DNA of 64,000 nucleotides, taken from contig CBDFJR010000002.1 in NCBI GenBank assembly GCA_965248535.1, positions 576,001 to 640,000 of the forward strand. Direction: 5' to 3'. Each line of letters opens with the position of its first letter. Position 1 is the first letter of the stretch. Made by a program: the position numbers and the translations under genes. Of the stretch, positions 30,201 to 38,903 are shown piece after piece. A model generated the notes under the pieces. The model ran no database searches. It was not told the DNA's origin and saw nothing but the letters and a program-made list of their open reading frames with translations. Source of the stretch: Phormidesmis sp. (lineage in GTDB: Bacteria > Cyanobacteriota > Cyanobacteriia > Leptolyngbyales > Leptolyngbyaceae).

Positions 30201-31032
30201 TCACCTCAGTCCCTAGAGAATTTAGCCCGTAGATCTCATTGACGATCGCTCTAACTTTCAGGTCGTCATAGGCTTCTGTCAGCGTGACGCTATTAGTAGT
30301 GGTCGTAAAGGTCAGCTTGCTCGGATCTTGAGCCGTGGACTTGTCAACCAGTTTGCCGTTCTCGATCGCCACCGCAGCATTAATTTCTGGAGTGTAAAGG
30401 TCATCGACCCCATTGCCGCTGGGCCCGTTCGCGATCTCATAAGAAGGATGCTTGTCAGAAAAGGCAGTCGATAACCCGGCATCGTGGGCGACGTTAAAAA
30501 TGGTGTTGACTTGCAGGAAACTGTGGGGATAGACAGGATTACCCGCCGCATCTAGAGGCAATTGGTTGGGGTCAATGCCGCCGCCACCGTTCAGCAAGGT
30601 GGGATCTTTGTCGATGTTTTCAGCGTAGGCAACTTCAGTGCCAAAGGGTGTGGCGCTGGTTGCGCCCGGCGCTTTTAGAGTGCGGGAGTAAGAGTCATCA
30701 TAATAAACGCCTGTGGTAGCCGGGCCAGCACCTGTGAGGTAGTTAAGCTCACCGGGGAAAGAGTCTGAAGGCACACTGGTGTAAGCATTAGAATAGGCGA
30801 CACCGCCAGCAGCCAGGCTGAGAATATTGGTCAGGTTTCCCTGGAGTTTAGCATCGGTTAAATCAGCTTCCCGCAGCCCGTCGATGGAGATCAACAGAAC
30901 GTGCTTACCGTTCCCAGAACTGGAAACTTTTGCGAGTTGCTGGTCGATCGGGGCTTGAAGGGTGGAGCTACTGGATAGGGTCGGTAGGCTGATATCAAGA
31001 CTAGAGGTGGCGTTTAAAGGATTAGTCGTCAT
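27250..31032 (-). CDS. Large alkaline phosphatase/NPP-superfamily protein with RTX Ca-binding repeats and a C-terminal beta-rich domain
   Basis: LISIDG, PSDSFPG, TAKHG and AEHGG; GNGNDILRGG and GAGNDILNGG repeats. Confidence 0.8.
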   Translation of the reverse strand: MTTNPLNATSSLDISLPTLSSSSTLQAPIDQQLAKVSSSGNGKHVLLISIDGLREADLTDAKLQGNLTNILSLAAGGVAYSNAYTSVPSDSFPGELNYLTGAGPATTGVYYDDSYSRTLKAPGATSATPFGTEVAYAENIDKDPTLLNGGGGIDPNQLPLDAAGNPVYPHSFLQVNTIFNVAHDAGLSTAFSDKHPSYEIANGPSGNGVDDLYTPEINAAVAIENGKLVDKSTAQDPSKLTFTTTTNSVTLTEAYDDLKVRAIVNEIYGLNSLGTEVKGTPSIFGLNFQAVSVGEKLPIGGIALDGTPSAAFKDALSHTDASIGQIVSALKTAGLYDSTEIVLTAKHGQNPRLGAATLLKDDLYTNVLDKAGIKVAQATQDDITLLWLSDQSQTAAAAKALTDLKAANPNSGIDTVLFGSSLQQAGFGNPAQDATTPDLIVKLKPGFVLVGDPTKPKKQAEHGGFSEDDTHVALIVGGGAIAAELRGSVQSSRVSTKQIAVTALETLGLDASKLQGAVQEKTQALPGLVAQQEDGSGGNKTFAVSRGKTVTIANFGGVGQGAAPSQSGLANADTIKFVGDGLTARNMILTPIGQDLVITFAGIADTKVVLKNFKLEDLDNLSKSTGATADLRNIIFDGQTQGTDSFDVFNNDAPRNTLFNRSTVTYLDAISQVVYGFDGSDDVINASVGDHIVYAGNGNDILRGGIGKNTFYAGAGNDILNGGSGVTTMVSGSGKDTFELKATDGLDIIRGLDFAKGDRINLADGLTFGQLTFVQGTGANADDTLVRLNSGKLLAIVEGIAATQLSTALLFAPGDLIVSRSVYQGTASTITVGQPLPGGGAAIADGSYPTVFNNAKADASFGITSPIFLDQITTTGLKIGTVAIDPTLITTSFPSKSELALNLTPDGTGLTFIAYATGVNQLDVSNSNTPGIIEPGNPVTAAPTYRAIAQLNADGSLDITTSNIYPGNNGRAVILAPNGLYYTAGNAGNGDGSAAVADAAGVQIVIPGEDATALTPGTTKVGNFNITQYGYAADKTAKDNNFRGETIFNNTLFVSKGSGGNGINTVYQVGNAGTLPDLTNAATAPITILPGFSTVLAKGAANTITHPFGIWFANATTLYVADEGDGVKADAATSTSAGLQKWSLVNGTWVEDYVLQNGLDLGISYSVPGLDAAFNPATDGLRNLTGKVNGDGTVSLFAVTSTISASTDQGADPNKLVAIVDVLSNTTAAQAAGEKFSVIDQAKYGEVLRGVSFAPQAATV

Positions 31033-31487
31033 AAAACTCAGGTTGGAGGATGGAAACCAGACGTGGAAACTAGGACTCATCGCTGCTGATCTGGACTTGT
31101 CAACAAGCGACAGGCGCGTAAAGCCCTCTAGATATGCTTTACAGCTATTTGAAGGCGGTTTAGCATAAATTCTTAGAGCAAGTTTTTCAAACAGATGACG
31201 CTCTTCTAGAGACCCGTGAGTCAGGTGAGTGAGTCAAGTGTCTGAATTAGAAGCTTTTCACTAAGCTAAATTCCGTATTAATACAGAATTTAATTCACCC
31301 CTTAGAACTTTAGTTGAAGTAGATTAAGGGCAAGCTATGCGGAGCTTAAAGAAGAAACAGAGTGAGGTTAATTAGTTAAAATGTACCATGTGCTAAAAGT
31401 TTAGCTACTTGCCGCAGCGTTGCCTCTGTGTCATTAGTTTGACCGAGAGCCGAAAAGGGGAGCAATCCAGGATATTAATATATGGTT

Positions 31488-32438
31488 TTACTTCTTATTT
31501 TCAATACGTTCTAGTATTTCTGTGACAAGGTTTTTCCATTCTATTTGATGATCTTTTGTTGATCTCTCAAAGAACTATCAGAAGGGTGATATTCGATCAA
31601 GGGACGGTTGTCGGCTTCCGCTTTACGTATGATATCTGAACTCTTAATACGGCTCTTAAATATTATTGATTCTTTTCCTTTGCGAATATTTTTTGACAAC
31701 CATTCGTTAAACTCTGTCCCCATTTTTGGAATTCAAGATCCCATTTGTTGTTTTCAATCGTTGCTCTTGTATCAACCTTCGAGTAAAGAACCCCAAGTAA
31801 TTCAACTTCACAAGAAGCTTTGCACCTCTTCAAGCGCTTTACGCATTCGACAATTTTATCCAATCCCCAATGAGAATATGCATCCAGAAGAGTTGGCACA
31901 ATAAAGTAAGTGCTGAGGGAGAGAGCGTTTAGAGTGATCAGCCCAAGGCTTGGAGGACAATCAAAAATAATATGCGTATAAGCCTTACCTTCGGGATTTT
32001 TTAACTTGTGCAAAGCATTGAAAAGGATATCTGTCGCACTAAGGTAGTACCGGTGATACCCAACAAGCTTATCTTGAATATCGATAAGCTTTAGGCTGGA
32101 CGGCAGTAAATCAAGATTGAGTCCCTTGATCGGTGTCACCCTAATGTCACCGAGGTCAAAAGTTTCACTATCATCGTCTCGTGAGATCTCATTTTCAAAA
32201 AGCTGGTACAGAGTTTTGTTTTATCTATTTCTGCATATTGCTCTTTGTTCAATAGAGTAAGTGAGGCATTACTCTGAGGATCTAAATCAATAAGCAACAC
32301 TGATGCTGGCTTCGATCCCGATCCAAACTTGATTTCTCTTTTTGCCAAAGTAGCTGCCACATTTACTGCAGATGTTGTCTTTCCTACGCCACCTTTGAGG
32401 TTGATAAAGCTGATCACTGTAGCGTTGCCGATCTTCAT
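31488..32438 (-). pseudogene. ParA/Soj-family ATPase broken by three one-base deletions (possibly sequencing errors)
   Basis: [17 protein letters not shown] and FDCPPSLG; adding one base in each of three homopolymer runs gives a single 317-aa ORF. Confidence 0.85.
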
Positions 32439-32469
32439 ATTGCCTCTTAAACAACTAAGGTTTGGATCT

Positions 32470-32516
32470 GCCTAACGAAACGCAAAGTTGAGCGGCGGCC
32501 TGTTGGGTGTCCGCTG
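32470..32516 (-). mobile_element. Degenerate attC-like site (3' half)
   Basis: Minus strand GCAGCGGAC...GCCGCTCAACTTTGCGTTTC-GTTAGGC (GTTRRRY), about 30 nt before the parA start. Confidence 0.55.
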
Positions 32517-32529
32517 CCTCCTCACCAAG

Positions 32530-33090
32530 ATCTCTCGCCCGTCCTGCGCCCACCTCTTCCACACGTCCACTAGCGTCGAAGCCAAGCAGCAATGGCAGGC
32601 GCTCTGCTTCATCGACGAGCCGTGTATCGCCCAAAGACCAAAACTTGCAGCCGAGCCGAAAGCTAATGGCGTTCCTCATGCTTCCTGGGAAACCGTTACC
32701 AGCAGCTTGCCTTGAGAACCACCGTGATCCAAATGAGCTTGCGCCGCACCAAAGTTCTAATCCGAGCGCCCTGAGATACGACTGCCGTGCAACTGCGATC
32801 GTCCAGCATTCTCGCTGTGCGCTCCAAGTCATCGCTGGGTTGATTGCGCCAAGGCGAGCAAGCGCGTTGCGCGGGTGAATGCGCGAGAGCCAGCCCCGGC
32901 CAGAACGAATACCGTCGGGTTTCAAGGAGCCCAAGAACTCTCCTCGGACAAGATCGAATACCAGATCCATCTGGCCCGCCAACTCTCGGAGCTGATCCGT
33001 GAGTCAATCGCTACATCTGCGCCCAACTGCCGTAGAAAATCCTGATTTTTGCCGGATGCCGTCGCATAAACATGGCACCAAGCCTTCATC
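32530..33090 (-). pseudogene. Degraded MDR-family (NADP-dependent quinone reductase-like) oxidoreductase fragments
   Basis: Fragments YATASGK, NQDFLRQLGADVAID, DLVFDLV and PLLLGFDASGRVEEVGAG, not all in one frame. Confidence 0.45.
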
Positions 33091-33205
33091 GTCTTGCGGA
33101 AGTTGTAGTTGAGTTCTGTGACATAGCTAAATCTCCTCTTCGGCGTTGTTCAACATCTTTATTCAATTTTATTAAACACCGGACACGCGACCAAGCTGCG
33201 CGAAT

Positions 33206-33289
33206 CAACAACGGCAAAGCTGACCGCAGCTAGTGTCCTCTGCCCTGAGTCACCAGATCTCATCGCCAAGTCCGCTCCAACCGGGTTGC
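33206..33289 (-). mobile_element. attC-like site interrupted by the group II intron (remainder at 33980-33985)
   Basis: With the intron removed the minus strand reads GTCTA|GCAACCCGGTTGGAGCGGAC...GCGGTCAGCTTTGCCGTTGTTG, close to RYYYAAC...GTT. Confidence 0.6.
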
Positions 33290-33979
33290 TACGCCCAGCA
33301 TGGGTGTGAACTAATGGGGTGAAAGTCCCCTGTCGGAGAACCAACGTCCAAATGATCCCAAAAGATCCGAGTGACGACAACGACTAGCTTAAGGTAAGGG
33401 CGTTTCCGCGAGGAAGGGTCTGAAGGAAGCCAGCGGCAAATCTGCGAGCTGAGACAGAAACGTCATAGAAGGCGAGATTCCTGTGGCAAGTGAGCACAAC
33501 ATCATGAAGCCTTTTGGTTCAGGGAACACAGTAAATCAGTTGTGCAGAGACAGTTCACGTTCTTATCTGGGGAGAAGCTCAAAGGGCGGTCTGAGGGTCT
33601 ACGGGAGTCTGATTGAGGTCTAGCGGGAAACGGCTAGGGAGCCACGGAACCCTAAGGACATTCAGGCAGCGTGAGTCATGGCAACAGGACTCATGATTGA
33701 GCAGAAGTCAGCAGAGGTCATAGTAGCCAAACACTCACCGTAATGGGTGAGACAGGGTGAAGGGCTGAACCTTAGAAAGCAGGGAGGAGTTGCAAAGCTC
33801 GACTGGGCGATGAACCCGAACGGGGGAGCTATTTTGTCGGCGCTTAACTGCACAACCAGCCCTGGATATTCAGTTCTATTGAACTGGCTTGTCTAAAACT
33901 TTTCTGGGGACGCGCCCCGTGCGGAGCCGCACGCGGGGTGCCGTGGGGACTGGGGGAGAAAATCCCCTGGTTACCCGAT
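33290..33979 (+). ncRNA. ORF-less group II intron, bacterial class C (IIC, attC-targeting type)
   Basis: 5' CGCCCAGCATGGG...GGGGTGAAAGTCCCC; TCTGAAGGAAGC; AGAAGTCAGCAGAGGTCATAGTAG; domain V hairpin at about 33911-33942; domain VI ending ACCCGAT; no RT ORF. Confidence 0.88.
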
Positions 33980-34014
33980 TAGACCGTGCCACACCGATCG
34001 CTCCTAAATTGGGA

Positions 34015-34383
34015 TCACAAGGCTTCAATTTTAACGATACCGCCTTCAACAGTATCAACCTGTAATCGATACCCGTAGAGCATCGCCATTCCTAGCAGAG
34101 GTTCTGTCTCTGATTCCGCAATATCGATCGTGCGGTACTGCCCATCCCAGATCACAGTTCCGGTGTAAAAATCAAACAGAGTTTCGCTGCCATCAGCTAA
34201 GGTCGCTGTGTTGGAAATTGTCCAAGGCAACCCAAAGCGAACGATAGTTTCGGACGGCAAAGATAGAAAGCCATCAAACCCAGTGTCAATCACAGTATCG
34301 ATGACTTGCCGTTGTCTAGATGAGTTACCAACCACAAGGGGAAGTGTTGCTTCACGACGCAAATTCACGACTCCATAAATCAT
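34015..34383 (-). CDS. Clan AA (retropepsin-like) aspartic protease
   Basis: VIDTGFDG catalytic motif, LADGS and PLLGM. Confidence 0.85.
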   Translation of the reverse strand: MIYGVVNLRREATLPLVVGNSSRQRQVIDTVIDTGFDGFLSLPSETIVRFGLPWTISNTATLADGSETLFDFYTGTVIWDGQYRTIDIAESETEPLLGMAMLYGYRLQVDTVEGGIVKIEAL

Positions 34384-34655
34384 GGATTCTTTTTCAGACT
34401 CCGCGATCCAAAATGATAAACGGCGCGATGTCCAATCCGAACCCCCCAAGGTTGAGCAGCAGGATGGCGTTCAAATAGCCGATCGGTTGCAGCCATAACA
34501 GTTTCATCAACCTCAAAATCTCCGGTTTCGATGTCGATCGCCACAATCTTGCCGTCATTTCCCGCCTCAACTTGCTGCCGAATGCCAGACTCATAGAGTT
34601 CTTGCCCGCGCCGAGCTAACTCTTCTTTGCTGTAACGTCGTTGGCGAACTGCCAT
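34380..34655 (-). CDS. Small protein coupled to the aspartic protease (DUF5678-like)
   Basis: ARRGQELYE...GKIVAIDIETGDF; ATGA overlap with the protease gene. Confidence 0.75.
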   Translation of the reverse strand: MAVRQRRYSKEELARRGQELYESGIRQQVEAGNDGKIVAIDIETGDFEVDETVMAATDRLFERHPAAQPWGVRIGHRAVYHFGSRSLKKNP

Positions 34656-34726
34656 AGGGTTGATCTCGTTGCAACTTGACCTATCCATCTTAGCTTGGAG
34701 TTATAGATCGTTGGCTTCAGAGCTTG

Positions 34727-34758
34727 TGTTGGGTTTCGCGATGCTCCACCCAACCTAC
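34727..34758 (-). repeat. GTAG-type REP-like palindrome
   Basis: GTAG-GTTGGGT-GGAGCATCGCGAA-ACCCAAC. Confidence 0.75.
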
Positions 34759-34814
34759 AAGATCAGCAATCGCACTACTAACTCAGCCTAAATTACAGCA
34801 AAAGAATTGCTGTT

Positions 34815-35621
34815 TTATCTGCCTTGACTTCGGTTTACCATATCTTGGTTAACTCGGTCGAGTGTCCATCCTTCCCCTGCTAAACGCAGTGCATACGAAT
34901 GAACTTCCTCGGAGGAAACTTCTTTCCTGAAAATTGAGGAGTAAAGCCTCTGAATATTATTTCTAGACTCGGTGTCAAGAGCAATTCGACTTCTGACTTC
35001 TTGTAATGATAATCCATTAGCTAGACCACCTCTCCAGCTATCTAATCCCCCAGCATCTGGATTTCTTCCCAACACTTCTCGGTAGATAGCTGTAACGTTG
35101 TTTGTAGACTCAGTGTCGAAAGCAATTCGATATCGAGCTTCGTTTAGAGAAAGTTTATGACTGTCAACAGCAAAGCTCTAGCTATCCAATCCTCCTGGAT
35201 CTGAACCTCTTCCTAAAACATCTCGATAGATACGGTCTACTGAAGCTCTTGTGCATGAATTAAAACCTGAGTTTGCACATGAATTTGAGTTTGAGCCTGA
35301 ATTTGGATCTTGACCTGAAAACCTTATTGGAAAACAGATCTTGTTGCTGACAGTATTCTGACCATTGTTATTAATATCTCTAATAATTTTTCCATCTAAG
35401 TCTCGTCTAGCCTCGCTCTCTGTTGAACTTACTCCGCTATAAGTAGAATTACCAGCAGTCCAATCAGCCCTACATTGCCAAGCTTGAGCTTGAGCTAGAT
35501 ACACTTGGTTAGGCTCAATCGCAAATGTCTGAGATGCAGGCATCACAAGGAGAATGACACCAGCTTTGAGGAAGGGTACTTCGTTGAGAAATTTCATTAT
35601 TGAATAAGTAGGAAGGCACAA
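34815..35621 (-). pseudogene. Secreted DUF4214-like repeat protein with an in-frame TAG at 35178-35180
   Basis: Both ORF pieces share one frame; repeat 1 IYRDVLGRGSDPGGLDS* versus repeat 2 IYREVLGRNPDAGGLDSW. Confidence 0.75.
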
Positions 35622-35925
35622 TTATTTGTAGGATGCGGTGGATTCTTTGTAAAGCGTCAAACATATGAACAGCAACGTTTACGCTCCGCTAATCTATCTT
35701 ACGTTTAATTCAACCCACCTACTTACCAGGCGACTTGAATTGAACCCAATCTAATCTCCATACACCTGCCTTGTCAGTCGGATAAGGTCAGGAAAAAGTC
35801 GGAGAAAAGCTCAGATGCACTTTACCGATAACCTCGCGATCGCACATTGAACAGTGATACGTACTCACTTTAGAGTTTGCATCCACCGATAACCTTTTGA
35901 CTGCGCCCTGACAGCAGATTTAGCG

Positions 35926-35961
35926 GTCTAACAATTATTTAGACGAAAAGTTTCCGTCTAA
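35926..35961 (-). mobile_element. Putative attI-like simple site
   Basis: Minus strand TTAGACG...C-GTCTAAA-TAATT-GTTAGAC: inverted L/R boxes 5 bp apart, R box = GTTRRRY, at the head of the cassette-like genes. Confidence 0.45.
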
Positions 35962-36022
35962 GATCCCAAATCATCGATTTAGGCTGATGTTAGAGACTCA
36001 ATTTCTATGCGATCGCCCCAAT

Positions 36023-37516
36023 CTAACCAGTATTTTGACTCTCAAAAAAGCCCGTCAGCCACTCTTTGATGTGATAAGTTGCGCGGCAATCGTCTTCGTT
36101 ATAAATCACGATCGAGTCTAAAAATGCCCGATCGCCCGTCGCCAACCACTGAGCATACCAATAGATCGATTGGGCACCGTTGGCGCTAGAGTCTCGCCAA
36201 TCAAACCCTAACCAGCGGGCAATGTGCTTGAGCGCATAGCTTTCGACAGGCAGCGTTACCGATTTTGTGACTCGCTCATGTAAATCTACAAAACGCGCTA
36301 ACAGAGGCGTAATCCGTTCTTTGGGAGTGCCATACAATTCGGCAAGTTGTCCGACGGTTTGCACTTCAAAGAGGCAAAAATGAAAAATGGGCGCATCTGG
36401 ATACGCCCACACAAGGTCAAGAAATTCTTGCCAGATTTTTGACTCGTCTTCAGGTTTATCAGCTAATAGCGGATGGAAAACCTCGGTTTGTTTCTGGCGA
36501 TCGACGACCAGCACTCCATGTAAATAAATCAGATTTAACGATGGCTCGGCTTCGATGTCAAAATAAAGCTCGATCGGCGCAGTCGGAAGGAAAAACTCTG
36601 GGCGATGATGGATGGGTTTGTGTCCGTTGAGCACCTCTGCATCGGGCAACGGAATGTAACTTTCCCCTAACAAAGCGCGATTTTGAATCGTAGATTGAGC
36701 CTGACGCACCAGCTTCCGAGCCGCCTCACCGCCAAAGCCTGGTAAGGGTTCTAGCTTATTGGGCGAGAGAGCAGCCAGCGACTCTAACGTGGTCAGATTC
36801 AGCGTTTGGAGTTGCAGATAGCGGCTAGGCGTGACACCGGGAAGTAAGGAAAGATGCTGTTCGGCTTTAGCGATCGCATAGCACTGCCCATACCAATGAC
36901 ATAGACTACAGCGACTGCGCGAGATAAACACCTCTGGCTCGCGGTCATGCTTTAAGGTGGCGAGACACTCGCCTAAAATCGCCTCCATGAGGGGGATCGC
37001 CTCCCACAAATCGACTTCATAATAGCCTTTGCCGCGCAGCAGCAGCCACGCCGTCTCACACCAAGCCTCTTGCACGGCGGCTAACACCTTGACGTGGTAA
37101 GCAACAATGATTTGATATTCTTGCTTGGGGCGTTTGCTCAACTTGATCTCAGTTGGCACATACATCCAGTCGCCAAACACCGACTCTCCGGGCTGTTTGG
37201 TCAACAGATCAGGAACGCTGACTAGCATCACGCCATCTTGCTCAGACACTAAGACAGGCTGGTAGATCTGCTCCACTCCTTGGCGCATCAGTTCTAATGT
37301 TGCGGCGGCTCCGGTGGCCCAATCGCCCGATCGATAGCTAGGTTTTTGGTAGGTTTCGCCCGTCAAAATCTGCTGATGATTGGCGATGCTGTCTTGAATT
37401 AATTTCAGCAAATAGTCATTAGGAGCATCTCGTTGATTGAGATCTCCATATAAATCGAGAAACGCTCGACGGCTACACCGTTGATAATTAAGCAGAAGGT
37501 CGGCAGTCAGCAACAT
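36023..37516 (-). CDS. TM0106-family RecB-like nuclease with RNase H-like C-terminal domain
   Basis: YQRCSRR, PDLL...EIK, CSLCHWYGQC, YFDIE and YNEDDCRAT. Confidence 0.88.
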   Translation of the reverse strand: MLLTADLLLNYQRCSRRAFLDLYGDLNQRDAPNDYLLKLIQDSIANHQQILTGETYQKPSYRSGDWATGAAATLELMRQGVEQIYQPVLVSEQDGVMLVSVPDLLTKQPGESVFGDWMYVPTEIKLSKRPKQEYQIIVAYHVKVLAAVQEAWCETAWLLLRGKGYYEVDLWEAIPLMEAILGECLATLKHDREPEVFISRSRCSLCHWYGQCYAIAKAEQHLSLLPGVTPSRYLQLQTLNLTTLESLAALSPNKLEPLPGFGGEAARKLVRQAQSTIQNRALLGESYIPLPDAEVLNGHKPIHHRPEFFLPTAPIELYFDIEAEPSLNLIYLHGVLVVDRQKQTEVFHPLLADKPEDESKIWQEFLDLVWAYPDAPIFHFCLFEVQTVGQLAELYGTPKERITPLLARFVDLHERVTKSVTLPVESYALKHIARWLGFDWRDSSANGAQSIYWYAQWLATGDRAFLDSIVIYNEDDCRATYHIKEWLTGFFESQNTG

Positions 37517-37643
37517 AGCTATACGCTAGCAAGAAATTGGGTCAACTGCATGACCATTATTTGCCATCTGTCAAGAGAGATTTGTGGTTTTGACTTCTCT
37601 CGGATAGATCGCACGAATCACTCACTTTAGAGCAGGATAAACG

Positions 37644-38828
37644 ATGGCCAGTATTTCTACGGAGAATGTTTCATTAACGCAGTATCGGCAGCAGTTTCCT
37701 TCTCTAGAAAATGCCGCTTATTTTAACTATGGTGGGCAAGGCCCAATGGCACGATCGGCGCTCAACGCCATTAATCAAGCTCAGGAATTATTGCAAAAAA
37801 TGGGACCGTTTTCGAGTGCGGTCAATGCTTGGATGGGGGAAGAAGCGAAACAAACGAGAGGCGCGATCGCCGCAGAGTTAAACATCCCCATCGAGACGAT
37901 GACTCTGACTGAGGATGTCTCGGTCGGCTGCAATATTGCTCTTTGGGGCATTGACTGGCAAGCCGGAGATCACCTCCTGCTAACCGATTGCGAACATCCT
38001 GGAATTGTGGCGGCGGCGCAAGAGATTCAGCGGCGATTCAATATTGAAGTCTCGATGTGTCCGCTCAAGGCGACTCTAAATGAGGGCGACCCGGTGGCGG
38101 TGATTGTTGAGCATTTGCGTCCTCAGACTCGGCTCGTTGCTCTCAGCCACATTCTTTGGAACACGGGACAGGTTTTGCCGCTAGCGGCGATCGTGGCCGC
38201 CTGCCAAACCTACCCCAGTCAAAATCCCGTGAGAATTCTCGTCGATGCCGCTCAATCAGTGGGCGTGTTGCCCCTGAATCTTACCGACTTGGGAGCCGAT
38301 TTTTACGCTTTTACAGGGCATAAGTGGTGGTGTGGACCGGCAGGAGTGGGCGGTCTTTATGTGCGTCCAGAAGCGCGAGAAAGTTTGTCTCCGACCTTTA
38401 TTGGCTGGCGCAGCATCACCACGAATTCGTCAGGCACCCCGATCGGATGGCAACCCGATGGGCGACGCTATGAGATTGCAACGTCAGCCGTGCCCCTTTA
38501 TGCAGGATTGAGAGAGGCGATCGGGCTTCACTCAACCTATGGCACGATCGCCGATCGCTATCAGCAAGTATGCGATCGTAGCGCCTATTTGTGGCAAGCC
38601 TTGAACACATTACCGGGGGTGAACTGTTTACGAACGATCGCTCCCGAAGCGGGGTTAGTCTCATTTCAGTTAGATAACAGCAACCATAATTCACTCGTTC
38701 AATTGTTAGAAAGCAAAGGTATCTTTGTGCGTACCATTCTTGATCCCGATTGCGTTCGCGCTTGTGTTCATTATTTCACTACCGAATCAGAGATCAATCG
38801 ATTAGTAGAAACGATTCGAGAGTTTTGA
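37644..38828 (+). CDS. Class V PLP-dependent aminotransferase (cysteine/cystine lyase-like)
   Basis: YFNYGGQGP, VDAAQSVG and FTGHKWWCGP. Confidence 0.9.
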   Translation: MASISTENVSLTQYRQQFPSLENAAYFNYGGQGPMARSALNAINQAQELLQKMGPFSSAVNAWMGEEAKQTRGAIAAELNIPIETMTLTEDVSVGCNIALWGIDWQAGDHLLLTDCEHPGIVAAAQEIQRRFNIEVSMCPLKATLNEGDPVAVIVEHLRPQTRLVALSHILWNTGQVLPLAAIVAACQTYPSQNPVRILVDAAQSVGVLPLNLTDLGADFYAFTGHKWWCGPAGVGGLYVRPEARESLSPTFIGWRSITTNSSGTPIGWQPDGRRYEIATSAVPLYAGLREAIGLHSTYGTIADRYQQVCDRSAYLWQALNTLPGVNCLRTIAPEAGLVSFQLDNSNHNSLVQLLESKGIFVRTILDPDCVRACVHYFTTESEINRLVETIREF

Positions 38829-38903
38829 AGAGAATTGAGGTAAGCCTCTTACAATGTCTCTGTACAATAATTCAAGCTTTGACGTAATCCTTTACCCTTT
38901 CCC

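Noticed and set aside
31260..31400. Pho box upstream of the large phosphatase
   Set aside because: TTAA-containing 8-mers are present but not at a clean 11-bp period
32455..33007. 175-aa, 123-aa and 103-aa ORFs as real genes
   Set aside because: They overlap a degraded relic and run through an attC-like site; no coherent domain
33159..34058. Short ORFs (73, 63 and 60 aa)
   Set aside because: Antisense translations of the group II intron RNA
36023..37516. Cas4 / CRISPR-associated nuclease
   Set aside because: TM0106-type architecture with an RNase H-like domain; no array or cas neighbours
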